Of a stretch of 64,000 nt of DNA, positions 7,526 to 15,966 are shown piece after piece. This DNA comes from Bacillota bacterium (GTDB lineage: Bacteria; Bacillota; Clostridia; Peptostreptococcales; Anaerovoracaceae), in contig JAETTD010000011.1 in NCBI GenBank assembly GCA_021769295.1, forward strand, positions 134 to 64,133, read 5' to 3'. The position numbers were made by a program, and so were the translations under genes. The notes below the pieces were generated by a model. The model saw nothing but the letters and a program-made list of their open reading frames with translations, did no database searches and had not been told where the DNA came from. Each line of letters begins with the position of its first letter. The first letter of the stretch is position 1.

Positions 7526-10429
7526 CTATTCTATGGATTTTAACGACTCTGCCATGCTTATTTTATTGAGTTTGCGCCTCATTACAAGGTTGACAATCAT
7601 CGCAAAGACGAAAGTTCCCAGAACTCCCAGAACATAGCTGAGAAGGGTAATGTGGACATCAAAGCTGAGCAAGTCGATTTTGATTTTTTCCATTACGAAT
7701 CTGTGGAGCCAGCAGCCCAGAGGCAGCCCCACAAGGGCTGAAATTGCCGTCAGAGTGATGTTTTCCCTGAATACGTACTGAGCAGTCTCATTCTGATAAA
7801 AGCCGAGAACCTTGATAGTAGCGATTTCTCTGATACGTTCGGTTATGTTTATATTGGTCAGATTATATAGGACTATGAACGCCAAGGCTCCGGCACACAG
7901 AACTACCAGCGCGATTACATAGTCAAGGCTTTTCATCATGTTGGTGATGCGGGCCTTGAAATCTTCCGTAACAGATACGGAGGAAACACTTTCGGCATCC
8001 ATTAAAGCGGCGCCGATTTCGTGGCGGGAAAGCTCTGCGTCATCTTCCCCGGCTGCCTGTGTACCGAGAATAAAGGCAGTGTTTATTTCGGGAGCGCCCC
8101 AAGCCGAGCGGTAGGTAGCGTCATTTATGTACAGATAGTTATATACGTAATTGTCGCATAAGCCGGTTATTTTTACGGTGAGAGCATTCTGTTCGCTGTC
8201 ATAAACCGTGAGGCTGTCTCCCTTCTTTACTCCGAGAGTATGGGCAAGATTGCTGTTTATAATTCCCTCGCCTTCGCCCGGATATTCAAGCCGGCCGTCG
8301 TCGTTATGAAGGTCGATGAATTTGTCTATAGGATTATCGTCGTCGCAGACTATTAGGTTTACGGATTTTACCTGCCCGCCGGTTCTTGCATCTACTGAGC
8401 CCGAGTATATAAAGAGGCATTGCTCTATGTATTCTTTGTTTTCCTCTGCAAAGGCAGACTGATCCTCCGGCGTAAGGCCGTGGTTAAAGAGAACTTCGTA
8501 ATCCACATGGTATATCTCATCATATTGCATGGACACCACATTTTTAATTGAGTCCCTGATACCCAGACCTGTTATCAAAAGGGCGGTACATCCGCATATG
8601 CCCAGTATCATCATGAAAAATCTTTTCTTGTATCTGAATACGTTTCTGACGGAGACCTTCTGCAGGAATTTCAGGCGATTCCACACAAAGGGAATTTTTT
8701 CAAGGAAAATCCGCTTGCCTGCCGAAGGGGATTTTGGCCTGATAAGCTGGGCAGGAACTTGGGAAAGTTCGTGATAGCAAGCGTACAATGTGGTTCCGAC
8801 AGAGCATATGAGGGCTGCAAGAAGAGCAAAACCGCCCAGAAGCCAGTCAAAGACAAATATAACTTCTGAAAAACCGTACATCATCTTGTACGCCTCCCAG
8901 ATTACCCATGTAAATATATATGTGCCTGCAAAGAATCCGCCGACTCCACCGATGAGAGCGGAACTTGCCGAATAAAATATATATTTGCTCAGTATTTGGT
9001 TCCTGCTGTATCCGAGAGCCTTTAAGACTCCTATCTGGGTACGTTGTTCTTCAATCATGCGGCTCATGGTGGTCATGCATACCAAGGCTGCTACCAAAAA
9101 GAAGAATATAGGAAAAACTTTGGCAATTCCCTCAACTATACCGGTATCGTTATCAAAGCACACATATCCCACATTGGTCTGTCTGTCCAAAACATAATTG
9201 TCAGGATATTCGATGGCGTTTATATCTTTTTTTGCATCTGTCAGCTTTTTTTCGGCATCTGATATCTTTGCCCTGCCGTCCGCAAGCTCTGATTTTGCAT
9301 CGGCTATTTGAGCCATACCGCTGTTTATTTCGGATTGCTTTAAATCAAGCTGCGCCTTTGATTCTTCGAGAGTTTTCCATGCGCTGTCAAACTGCAGGTC
9401 AAGGGCTGATTTTTGGAATAAATATTCTTCCTCCGTAATGGCTCCGGAGCTGTAATATAATTGGAGCTGTCCGTATGCCGCATCTTTTTCTTTCTCATAT
9501 TGCGAAAGGCCGGAGTTGTATTCTGCCAAACCCTCATCCAAAAGCTGTTGACCACGTTTAAGGTCGGACTCGTTGACCGAGATTTCAGACTGAGCTTTTT
9601 GAAGCTGAGCTTTTTTGTCTGCCAGTTCCGATTCTGCATCCGACACCTTTGCATAAGCTTCGTCCACGATTGCATCGTAACGCCTTTGAGCACAGCTTTC
9701 CAATGCGTTTTCAAGAGGTTCTTTGGCATCCTCCGATATTGACTTGTATTGGTCGCTGAAGATAAATGCTTCCTTATCCAGTTTTACGTAAATTTCCGTA
9801 AAAACATCTGAACTGAAACCAGATTGGGGAATCAGCACAAAGGAAGATATGCTTCCGTCTCCTATGGAAGATGAGCCTCTTTCGAAGTTGAGGTACAGGG
9901 GCGAATCAGCCAGACCGGTTAATGTATAGGAATCATAGGTCAGCATATCAAGGGTGTCTTCCTTGTTGGTTGAATCTATTAAGATTTCTTTGCCTATGTC
10001 TTCTTTGGTAAAATACCTGGAATCTCCGAGACACTCATTTCCCCTCTGAGGCATTTTGCCTGCCACAAGATTGGGGGTGTTGATTTTTTCGGAGATTGCC
10101 ATAAACTTTGAAACCACGGCTCCCGCATCATCATCCTTTATGGTTATCAACACATCGGAGGAATAGGAACCTTCGGCAGTCTTTACTCCGTCTGTCGAAT
10201 TTACGGTTTCCACATCGCAATCCTCAAGCCCCAGAGTTGAAATCAGCCGATAGTCATAAAAATTATGTTTATGCAGATATGTATTGCCGGTTTCAAGAAA
10301 TGCCGACTTGCAAACTTTAAGGCCCGAAAAAAAACCCACTCCAAGAGCGACTATGGCAAGAATCGCAAACCACCGGCCAAAGCTTTGACGGATTTCTCTT
10401 ATGGTAGATTTAAACATAACACCTTTCAT
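7526..10429 (-). CDS. ABC transporter permease with duplicated FtsX/MacB-type domains and a large coiled-coil extracytoplasmic domain
   Basis: 967 aa. TM1 is followed by an extracytoplasmic region of about 390 aa with heptad-like segments (AESELADKKAQLQKAQSEI..., AKSELADGRAKISDAEKKLTDAKKDI). Two 4-TM FtsX modules follow. The gene sits 18 nt downstream of its ATPase. Confidence 0.88.
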   Translation of the reverse strand: MKGVMFKSTIREIRQSFGRWFAILAIVALGVGFFSGLKVCKSAFLETGNTYLHKHNFYDYRLISTLGLEDCDVETVNSTDGVKTAEGSYSSDVLITIKDDDAGAVVSKFMAISEKINTPNLVAGKMPQRGNECLGDSRYFTKEDIGKEILIDSTNKEDTLDMLTYDSYTLTGLADSPLYLNFERGSSSIGDGSISSFVLIPQSGFSSDVFTEIYVKLDKEAFIFSDQYKSISEDAKEPLENALESCAQRRYDAIVDEAYAKVSDAESELADKKAQLQKAQSEISVNESDLKRGQQLLDEGLAEYNSGLSQYEKEKDAAYGQLQLYYSSGAITEEEYLFQKSALDLQFDSAWKTLEESKAQLDLKQSEINSGMAQIADAKSELADGRAKISDAEKKLTDAKKDINAIEYPDNYVLDRQTNVGYVCFDNDTGIVEGIAKVFPIFFFLVAALVCMTTMSRMIEEQRTQIGVLKALGYSRNQILSKYIFYSASSALIGGVGGFFAGTYIFTWVIWEAYKMMYGFSEVIFVFDWLLGGFALLAALICSVGTTLYACYHELSQVPAQLIRPKSPSAGKRIFLEKIPFVWNRLKFLQKVSVRNVFRYKKRFFMMILGICGCTALLITGLGIRDSIKNVVSMQYDEIYHVDYEVLFNHGLTPEDQSAFAEENKEYIEQCLFIYSGSVDARTGGQVKSVNLIVCDDDNPIDKFIDLHNDDGRLEYPGEGEGIINSNLAHTLGVKKGDSLTVYDSEQNALTVKITGLCDNYVYNYLYINDATYRSAWGAPEINTAFILGTQAAGEDDAELSRHEIGAALMDAESVSSVSVTEDFKARITNMMKSLDYVIALVVLCAGALAFIVLYNLTNINITERIREIATIKVLGFYQNETAQYVFRENITLTAISALVGLPLGCWLHRFVMEKIKIDLLSFDVHITLLSYVLGVLGTFVFAMIVNLVMRRKLNKISMAESLKSIE

Positions 10430-10447
10430 AATAATACACCTTTCGTT

Positions 10448-11152
10448 TTACCACTCTATCTGTTCTATAGGAGTAGGGTTGTCGTTTGTTTCAACTGAAG
10501 CCACGGCTCCGTTTTTTACGTGTATTATGCGGTCTGCCATAGGTGCTATTGCCTGGTTGTGAGTTATGATTACGACGGTCATTTGAGTCTGGCGCGCCGT
10601 GTCCTGAAGCAGTTTAAGGATAGATTTGCCCGTATTGTAGTCAAGGGCTCCCGTAGGCTCGTCACAAAGCAGCAGTTTCGGATTTTTAGCCAAGGCACGT
10701 GCTATTGCCACTCTTTGCTGCTCTCCTCCCGAAAGCTGGGAAGGAAAGTTGTTAAGGCGGTGAGAAAGACCTACCTTGTCGAGAGCCTCTTTTGAATCCA
10801 TGGGCTCTTTGCATATCTGGGTAGCGAGTGAAACGTTTTCAAGAGCCGTAAGGTTCTGCACCAGATTATAAAACTGAAATACAAAACCTATATCGTATCT
10901 TCTGTAGGTTGTAAGTTCTCTTTGCGTATATTTGGATATTTCCCGGCCGTCAAGCCATACTTTGCCCGAGGTAAGGGTGTCCATGCCGCCGAGTATGTTG
11001 AGCAGCGTGGTCTTTCCCGCACCGGAGGGGCCTACTATAACGCATATTTCACCTTTATAAATTTCAAAATCAGCGTCGGTTAAAGCTTCTATCGAAACCT
11101 CTCCCATTTGATAAACCTTTTTTACATGTTCAAACTTTACAAACGCCTCCAT
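10448..11152 (-). CDS. ABC transporter ATP-binding protein (MacB/LolD-like)
   Basis: Start moved to ATG 11152 (GGAGGCG RBS). Walker [10 protein letters not shown], signature LSGGEQQR, Walker B LLLCDEPT. Confidence 0.92.
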   Translation of the reverse strand: MEAFVKFEHVKKVYQMGEVSIEALTDADFEIYKGEICVIVGPSGAGKTTLLNILGGMDTLTSGKVWLDGREISKYTQRELTTYRRYDIGFVFQFYNLVQNLTALENVSLATQICKEPMDSKEALDKVGLSHRLNNFPSQLSGGEQQRVAIARALAKNPKLLLCDEPTGALDYNTGKSILKLLQDTARQTQMTVVIITHNQAIAPMADRIIHVKNGAVASVETNDNPTPIEQIEW

Positions 11153-11199
11153 GTGAGTCGCCTCCGCACTTCTATATATTTGAAGCAATTATACCACGA

Positions 11200-12318
11200 C
11201 TAAGGCCTTTTTAAAAGCACTAAGCGGTGTTTCCAAGCTGAAAAAACGGTGAAAAAACCGACAACAAGCATGGCGAGAGTTCCTATAACCACAGGGTAGG
11301 ATTCGAAAGCTACATACTCAACGTTTGTCATAAGCAGCAATGATGCAAGGCCCAGCGGAAAGAATATCATTACTCTGCACAGGTTCTGGTGAAAGGCGGC
11401 AGGACCGAGGAGGTAGTAAGTTAATAGGGAACATATTATGGGTGCAGACGTGAGCAGGGCGCCGAACACAAAGCACCCTACGTACGCCATAAAGGTTCCC
11501 GTTTTATAAAAACCTACGCTCATTACCGAAATTTCCGATAAAAACAAGAGCAAAATGCAGCCGCTGTAAATTCCCTTTTTATCCGTAAATAAAGCCACGA
11601 GAGCGGGGCCCAGAACCATTCCCCCATGTATCAAAAGGATACCGGCTTTGTCGTATGAAAGGGAGTAGACAGAGCCTATGGAATACAATACATCCATGTA
11701 CCCTATGCGGCATACTACGGCAACGGAGACGGCAATAAAAAGAAAAAACAGGCATGATTTAACACGACTTTTTCTTGCATGGGAAGAATGGCTCATATTT
11801 TCTTCGAAATTGATTAAAATAGGTTCATCCAAAAATACCATGGAAGAGAAGAGCATCAGAATCACAGAGCATAAAATTGCAACAAAGGGTCTGAAAGCGA
11901 GCAGCAATGCAAATCCGAAACCAAAGAGCACCGATAAAGAGAATACTAAACCGAACACCAGAGTCTTGCTTATGCGGAACCAGCCCACGATTATGTTGGG
12001 AGCGAGGACAAAGAGCAATCCTCCGGCGCTTGCACCAAGGAGTATTGAACCGATATATTCTATAGGCGTATTTTTCCAGTATGCAGAGAGAAACATTGCA
12101 TAATTGGCTACAAGTCCGGTGAAGCACACCCAAAATCTGAAGGACAGGCAATTATAAAAAGAGCGGGCAATGGGTATACCTATAACAGAAGAAAGAAGGA
12201 GCACCGGAAATGTTTCTTCGGAATTGGCTGAAAACACGAATCCCAAAGCCGGAGCGAGTATAAAAAACAGGCCTATGATGTTCTTTGAACCGTAAAAAAA
12301 TTTAAGCAAAGTGAGCAC
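11200..12318 (-). CDS. Polytopic membrane protein (about 10-12 TM, MFS-like topology), function unknown
   Basis: 372-aa hydrophobic ORF, first gene of the apparent operon with the ABC pair. I recognise no diagnostic motif. The start is GTG. Confidence 0.6.
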   Translation of the reverse strand: MLTLLKFFYGSKNIIGLFFILAPALGFVFSANSEETFPVLLLSSVIGIPIARSFYNCLSFRFWVCFTGLVANYAMFLSAYWKNTPIEYIGSILLGASAGGLLFVLAPNIIVGWFRISKTLVFGLVFSLSVLFGFGFALLLAFRPFVAILCSVILMLFSSMVFLDEPILINFEENMSHSSHARKSRVKSCLFFLFIAVSVAVVCRIGYMDVLYSIGSVYSLSYDKAGILLIHGGMVLGPALVALFTDKKGIYSGCILLLFLSEISVMSVGFYKTGTFMAYVGCFVFGALLTSAPIICSLLTYYLLGPAAFHQNLCRVMIFFPLGLASLLLMTNVEYVAFESYPVVIGTLAMLVVGFFTVFSAWKHRLVLLKRP

Positions 12319-12384
12319 CTCAAATTATTAAAATACTTTTAAAAGTAGTATTTTTCGGCAGAAAAACATTATACTTTGCATTTT

Positions 12385-12413
12385 TTGTAAAAACATGATA
12401 TTATTTCTATAAT
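12385..12413 (+). promoter_or_regulatory. Sigma-A-type promoter of the small membrane-protein gene
   Basis: TTGTAA (12385-12390), 17-nt spacer, TATAAT (12408-12413), about 24 nt before the ATG at 12437. Confidence 0.6.
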
Positions 12414-12436
12414 TTATACTTGGTGAGGACAAGGTT

Positions 12437-12664
12437 ATGAAGGAATTCTTGGAGGAAAAACTGCATATAGTCCACGACGGCATTCTGCATGTAAATGAGG
12501 TTATAGCTTTTGCTCTCGTAACAGTGATCGTAATCCTTCTGATAGTTGTGATAAAGGATTTGGTTAGGCTTGCCGAGAACAAGGTGCAGAAACGCAAAAA
12601 GACCATATTCAGTCATCGCAGGAACAGGTACAAAAACCGCATAGGAAAGAAAAACAAGTTTTAA
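12437..12664 (+). CDS. Small single-TM protein with a basic C-terminal tail
   Basis: 75-aa ORF with its own promoter and terminator. TM segment VIAFALVTVIVILLIVVI, then a K/R-rich tail. I recognise no homology. Confidence 0.5.
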   Translation: MKEFLEEKLHIVHDGILHVNEVIAFALVTVIVILLIVVIKDLVRLAENKVQKRKKTIFSHRRNRYKNRIGKKNKF

Positions 12665-12677
12665 AACGGTATGTAAT

Positions 12678-12700
12678 CCCCGCATTATGCGGGGTTTTTT
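12678..12700 (+). terminator. Rho-independent terminator
   Basis: CCCCGCA (12678-12684) / TGCGGGG (12688-12694) with a 3-nt loop and TTTTTT at 12695-12700. Confidence 0.85.
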
Positions 12701-12715
12701 ATTGCCTTAATCAGA

Positions 12716-13777
12716 CTAAAAGCTGATTCCGTTGGTGTCGCAGCATTGGCATGTTATACCCTGTGAAACCGAAGATCTCACTTCGCCGCAGCAGCAGTTG
12801 TCTCTGTCTTCAAAACAATCGGCATGGTCAGGATTGCAAGGGTTGCACTGACCTACGTCGTCACACGGAATTTCAACCTCACGGGCATTCAGTCTGAACA
12901 GCGACGGTCTTGTCACCTGAAGATTTACCTTAGGAGTCACCACCAGAGAACCTGTGAGAGTGAGCATGCAGTTGTTGTTTGAGCAAGTTACGGACAGATT
13001 AGGGTTGAGTATTGCAGCACAGGCGTCAAAATCAAACAGCAGTGAAGGCGCTACGCCTGCAACCTGACATGGAATTTCAACGCCGCAGAATGCAAAGGCT
13101 GCTCCGCCTGCTATTGTGAAAGGCGAACCTTCTGTCGTTCTGAAGCATACTCTGAATTGACATGCAGTGCCGTTGTCAAAGACGGTACCTTCAAGGACTA
13201 TGGTGGCGTCGAGCTGCCAAGGTCCGTCGGGAGAAATGAGCACGAAATTTCCCGGGCAAGGATTTTCGCAAGGCGACTTGCAAGGGCACTTGGTTATTTC
13301 GGACATTATGCCGCTCAGGTCTCCCAGATACTGATTTCCGCTTCTTGCAATGTCTGTAATTGCCATTCCGTCTACCGTAACTCTGCTTGCCGGCAAAGAA
13401 GCCGCCGGAGCTATGTCAAAGGAGTGAACGATTACAAAGGCATTGGTGATATTGAAGGTGGAGTTCTGAGAAAGTCCCACGTTGCAGCAACAGCCGCAGT
13501 TCTGTGACTGGCGGGTGTTTCCGCATCCGCATCCGTTTCCGCAGTTGCAGTTACAATCGCATCCGCAGTTGCAGTCACACTGACGGCACCTGTCGTGCTC
13601 GGCGTTTTCGCATACGTTATCGCCGATGCTCAGTTCCTGTGAGAAATTATTCTGATTTGCGGTAATGGTAGCAAGTATGGGAGAAGCGGTTTCCTGATTA
13701 TTGTAAAAAATCTTGGTCAGATAAACGAGATTTTCGTCGTGGTTTGTACATTCGCAATTGTTTTGTGAAAAATTCAT
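12716..13777 (-). CDS. Cysteine-rich protein of unknown function (38 Cys in 353 aa, with a (CxC)n tract)
   Basis: Long uninterrupted ORF with an AGAGAGGA RBS about 8 nt before the ATG. No signal peptide or TM helix. Contains CRQCDCNCGCDCNCNCGNGCGCGN and NCGCCCN, C-terminal CNPCNPDHADC...NCCCGE...CQCCD, and a beta-rich central region. Confidence 0.7.
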   Translation of the reverse strand: MNFSQNNCECTNHDENLVYLTKIFYNNQETASPILATITANQNNFSQELSIGDNVCENAEHDRCRQCDCNCGCDCNCNCGNGCGCGNTRQSQNCGCCCNVGLSQNSTFNITNAFVIVHSFDIAPAASLPASRVTVDGMAITDIARSGNQYLGDLSGIMSEITKCPCKSPCENPCPGNFVLISPDGPWQLDATIVLEGTVFDNGTACQFRVCFRTTEGSPFTIAGGAAFAFCGVEIPCQVAGVAPSLLFDFDACAAILNPNLSVTCSNNNCMLTLTGSLVVTPKVNLQVTRPSLFRLNAREVEIPCDDVGQCNPCNPDHADCFEDRDNCCCGEVRSSVSQGITCQCCDTNGISF

Positions 13778-13872
13778 ATTCTAAAATCCTCTCTTTAAAT
13801 AAATTGGGATAATACAATATATGCTTTCCTTATTTTGGTGGTGAAATAATCTTAAAAAATCCCTAAAAACTA

Positions 13873-13905
13873 TTGATAAGTGTTAAAAAGTGGTGTATAG
13901 TGGTG
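13873..13905 (+). promoter_or_regulatory. dcw (mraZ) promoter overlapped by phased GTGKTR direct repeats (candidate MraZ operator)
   Basis: TTGATA (13873-13878), 17-nt spacer, TATAGT (13896-13901). GTGTTA, GTGGTG and GTGGTG start at 13880, 13890 and 13900, i.e. exact 10-nt phasing. Confidence 0.6.
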
Positions 13906-13960
13906 ATATAAAATATGGTTTACACTCAATCGGAGTGGCTTTGAAAGGCGGGAGCATCTC

Positions 13961-14392
13961 ATGTTCATGGGAACTACTTACAATTCCATAGATGAAAAGA
14001 ACAGAATGATCGTTCCTGCAAAGCTGAGAGCAGGGCTCGGCAACCGCTGCATTCTGACAAAGGGCCTCGACCGCTGCCTGTACATTTACACGGCAAAGGA
14101 CTGGGAGACTCAAATGGAAAAAATATCAAAGCTTCCCGAGTCAGACCCTAAAGTCAGAGCGTTCATAAGACATTTCTGTGCCAACGCCGTAGAGTGTGAA
14201 TTCGACAAACAGGGAAGAATCGTAATTCCGCCGGTGCTTAAAGGATATGCCGGAATTGAAAAAGAACTGGTAACCATGGGCGCCATGTCCAAGATTGAGG
14301 TCTGGAGCAAAGACGTGTGGGATTCGCCTGATAACGAAAACAAAATGGAAACAGAAGATTTTGCCAACGCACTGGCAGAATACAATTTCTGA
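13961..14392 (+). CDS. mraZ: Transcriptional regulator MraZ
   Basis: 143 aa. Starts MFMGTT and has two SpoVT/AbrB-like DxxxR repeats (DEKNRMIVPAKLR, DKQGRIVIPPVLK). Confidence 0.93.
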   Translation: MFMGTTYNSIDEKNRMIVPAKLRAGLGNRCILTKGLDRCLYIYTAKDWETQMEKISKLPESDPKVRAFIRHFCANAVECEFDKQGRIVIPPVLKGYAGIEKELVTMGAMSKIEVWSKDVWDSPDNENKMETEDFANALAEYNF

Positions 14393-14410
14393 TAGAGGAG
14401 GCTCTCACAT

Positions 14411-15358
14411 ATGGAATTTAAACATGCCCCTGTGCTGTTTGAACAGTGTATAGAGGGTCTTGACATAAAAAAAGACGGCATATATGTAGACGGCACGCTG
14501 GGAGGCGGAGGTCACAGCGCCGGAATATGCCGCAGGCTGAGCGAAAAGGGGACGCTTATAGGCATCGACAGAGACAGGGATGCGATCGATGCCGCTTCAA
14601 AAAGGTTAGAAAAATATTCATGCAATAAAATCTTTGTTCAAAGTAACTATTCCGACATAAAACAGGTTTTAGAGGACTTGGGAATAGACGGAATAGACGG
14701 GGCTTTGCTGGATTTGGGAGTGTCTTCATTTCAGTTGGACAACCCTGAGAGAGGGTTCTCTTATATGAAAGATGCTCCCCTCGATATGAGGATGAGCCGT
14801 GACGATGAGCTGACTGCGGCAGACATCGTAAACGAATATGATAAAAAGGAACTTACAAATATAATCTCCGGATACGGAGAAGAACGGTGGGCTTCCAGGA
14901 TTGCGGAGTTCATAGTCAGAAAAAGAGAGGACAAGCCCATAGAAAGCACTTTTGAGCTTGTGGACGTAATCAAGGCGGCAATCCCCGCATCGGCAAGGAG
15001 AACAGGTCCTCATCCCGCAAAGAGAACATTTCAGGCCATAAGGATTGAGGTCAACGATGAGCTTGCACAGCTTAAAAATGCCACAGAGGATTTTTGCGAC
15101 GTGCTTAATGAAGGCGGCAGGCTCTGTATAATCACTTTCCACTCGTTGGAAGACAGAATAGTAAAAGATATATTTAACAGAAGAGCAAATCCGTGTACAT
15201 GCCCGAAGGAATTTCCTGTCTGCGTATGCGGCAAAATTGCGGATATTGAGAAAATTACGGGAAAGCCCGTAATTCCGTCAAAAGAAGAGACTGAAGAGAA
15301 TCCCAGAGCCAGAAGCGCCAAACTGAGGATTGCAGAAAAAATCAGAAACGAAAAATAG
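14411..15358 (+). CDS. rsmH: 16S rRNA (cytosine1402-N4)-methyltransferase
   Basis: 315 aa. Motifs [15 protein letters not shown] and [10 protein letters not shown]. Confidence 0.95.
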   Translation: MEFKHAPVLFEQCIEGLDIKKDGIYVDGTLGGGGHSAGICRRLSEKGTLIGIDRDRDAIDAASKRLEKYSCNKIFVQSNYSDIKQVLEDLGIDGIDGALLDLGVSSFQLDNPERGFSYMKDAPLDMRMSRDDELTAADIVNEYDKKELTNIISGYGEERWASRIAEFIVRKREDKPIESTFELVDVIKAAIPASARRTGPHPAKRTFQAIRIEVNDELAQLKNATEDFCDVLNEGGRLCIITFHSLEDRIVKDIFNRRANPCTCPKEFPVCVCGKIADIEKITGKPVIPSKEETEENPRARSAKLRIAEKIRNEK

Positions 15359-15373
15359 TTATTGAGGGACAAA

Positions 15374-15844
15374 ATGGCAACAGCAAGAAGAGCGTATACA
15401 TCTGAATATTATTATAACGCTGCACCGCAGACTCAGCCGGAGAGAGTCAAGAGGACAAGAAAGAGACCGGAAATAAATACAGGAAGACAGCAGGAAAAAA
15501 AGCCGCAAAGCGGTACTCTGTCTTCTGCAAACCTGCGTGTTCTCGTATTTGCCGTTTTGGCCATAGGCATAATGCTGATAGGCATAGTGGTTGTCAATGC
15601 ACAGGCGGCCAAGCTTCAATATTCCATAAATCAGCTGAGAAACGAAAACAACATCATTGAAAACGAAAATGATATGATGAAGATAAAGATGGATACGAGC
15701 ACAGGCATAAATCAGCTTGAGACGTACGCCGTCGAGGAACTGGGTATGCATTATCCTCAGGGCAGCGAATGCGTACACCTCTCTTCCGTAGCGGAATCGG
15801 AGGGCAGCCTTGCCGACCTTATAAGGCAAAAGGCTTACGAATAA
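15374..15844 (+). CDS. ftsL: Cell division protein FtsL-like (septum formation initiator)
   Basis: Position between rsmH and the PBP gene. One TM helix (LRVLVFAVLAIGIMLIGIVVV) followed by a coiled coil (LQYSINQLRNENNIIENEN). I start at ATG 15374. Confidence 0.7.
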   Translation: MATARRAYTSEYYYNAAPQTQPERVKRTRKRPEINTGRQQEKKPQSGTLSSANLRVLVFAVLAIGIMLIGIVVVNAQAAKLQYSINQLRNENNIIENENDMMKIKMDTSTGINQLETYAVEELGMHYPQGSECVHLSSVAESEGSLADLIRQKAYE

Positions 15845-15966
15845 TTGAAAGCATTTAACAATATACATAGTTTTGTGGAAATAACTTCATATAAAAAAGC
15901 CGGATAACTTAATAATAAAATTAATAATCCGGCTTTCTATATATCATCAGGGAGCATAGATTAAAT

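Noticed and set aside
12716-13777. Cys-rich ORF as a RiPP precursor or as a spurious ORF in low-complexity DNA
   Set aside because: At 353 aa it is far too long for a precursor peptide, and no modifying enzymes are adjacent. The ORF is much longer than the repetitive tract, has a proper RBS, and has a non-repetitive beta-rich core. I therefore keep it as a real CDS of unknown function.
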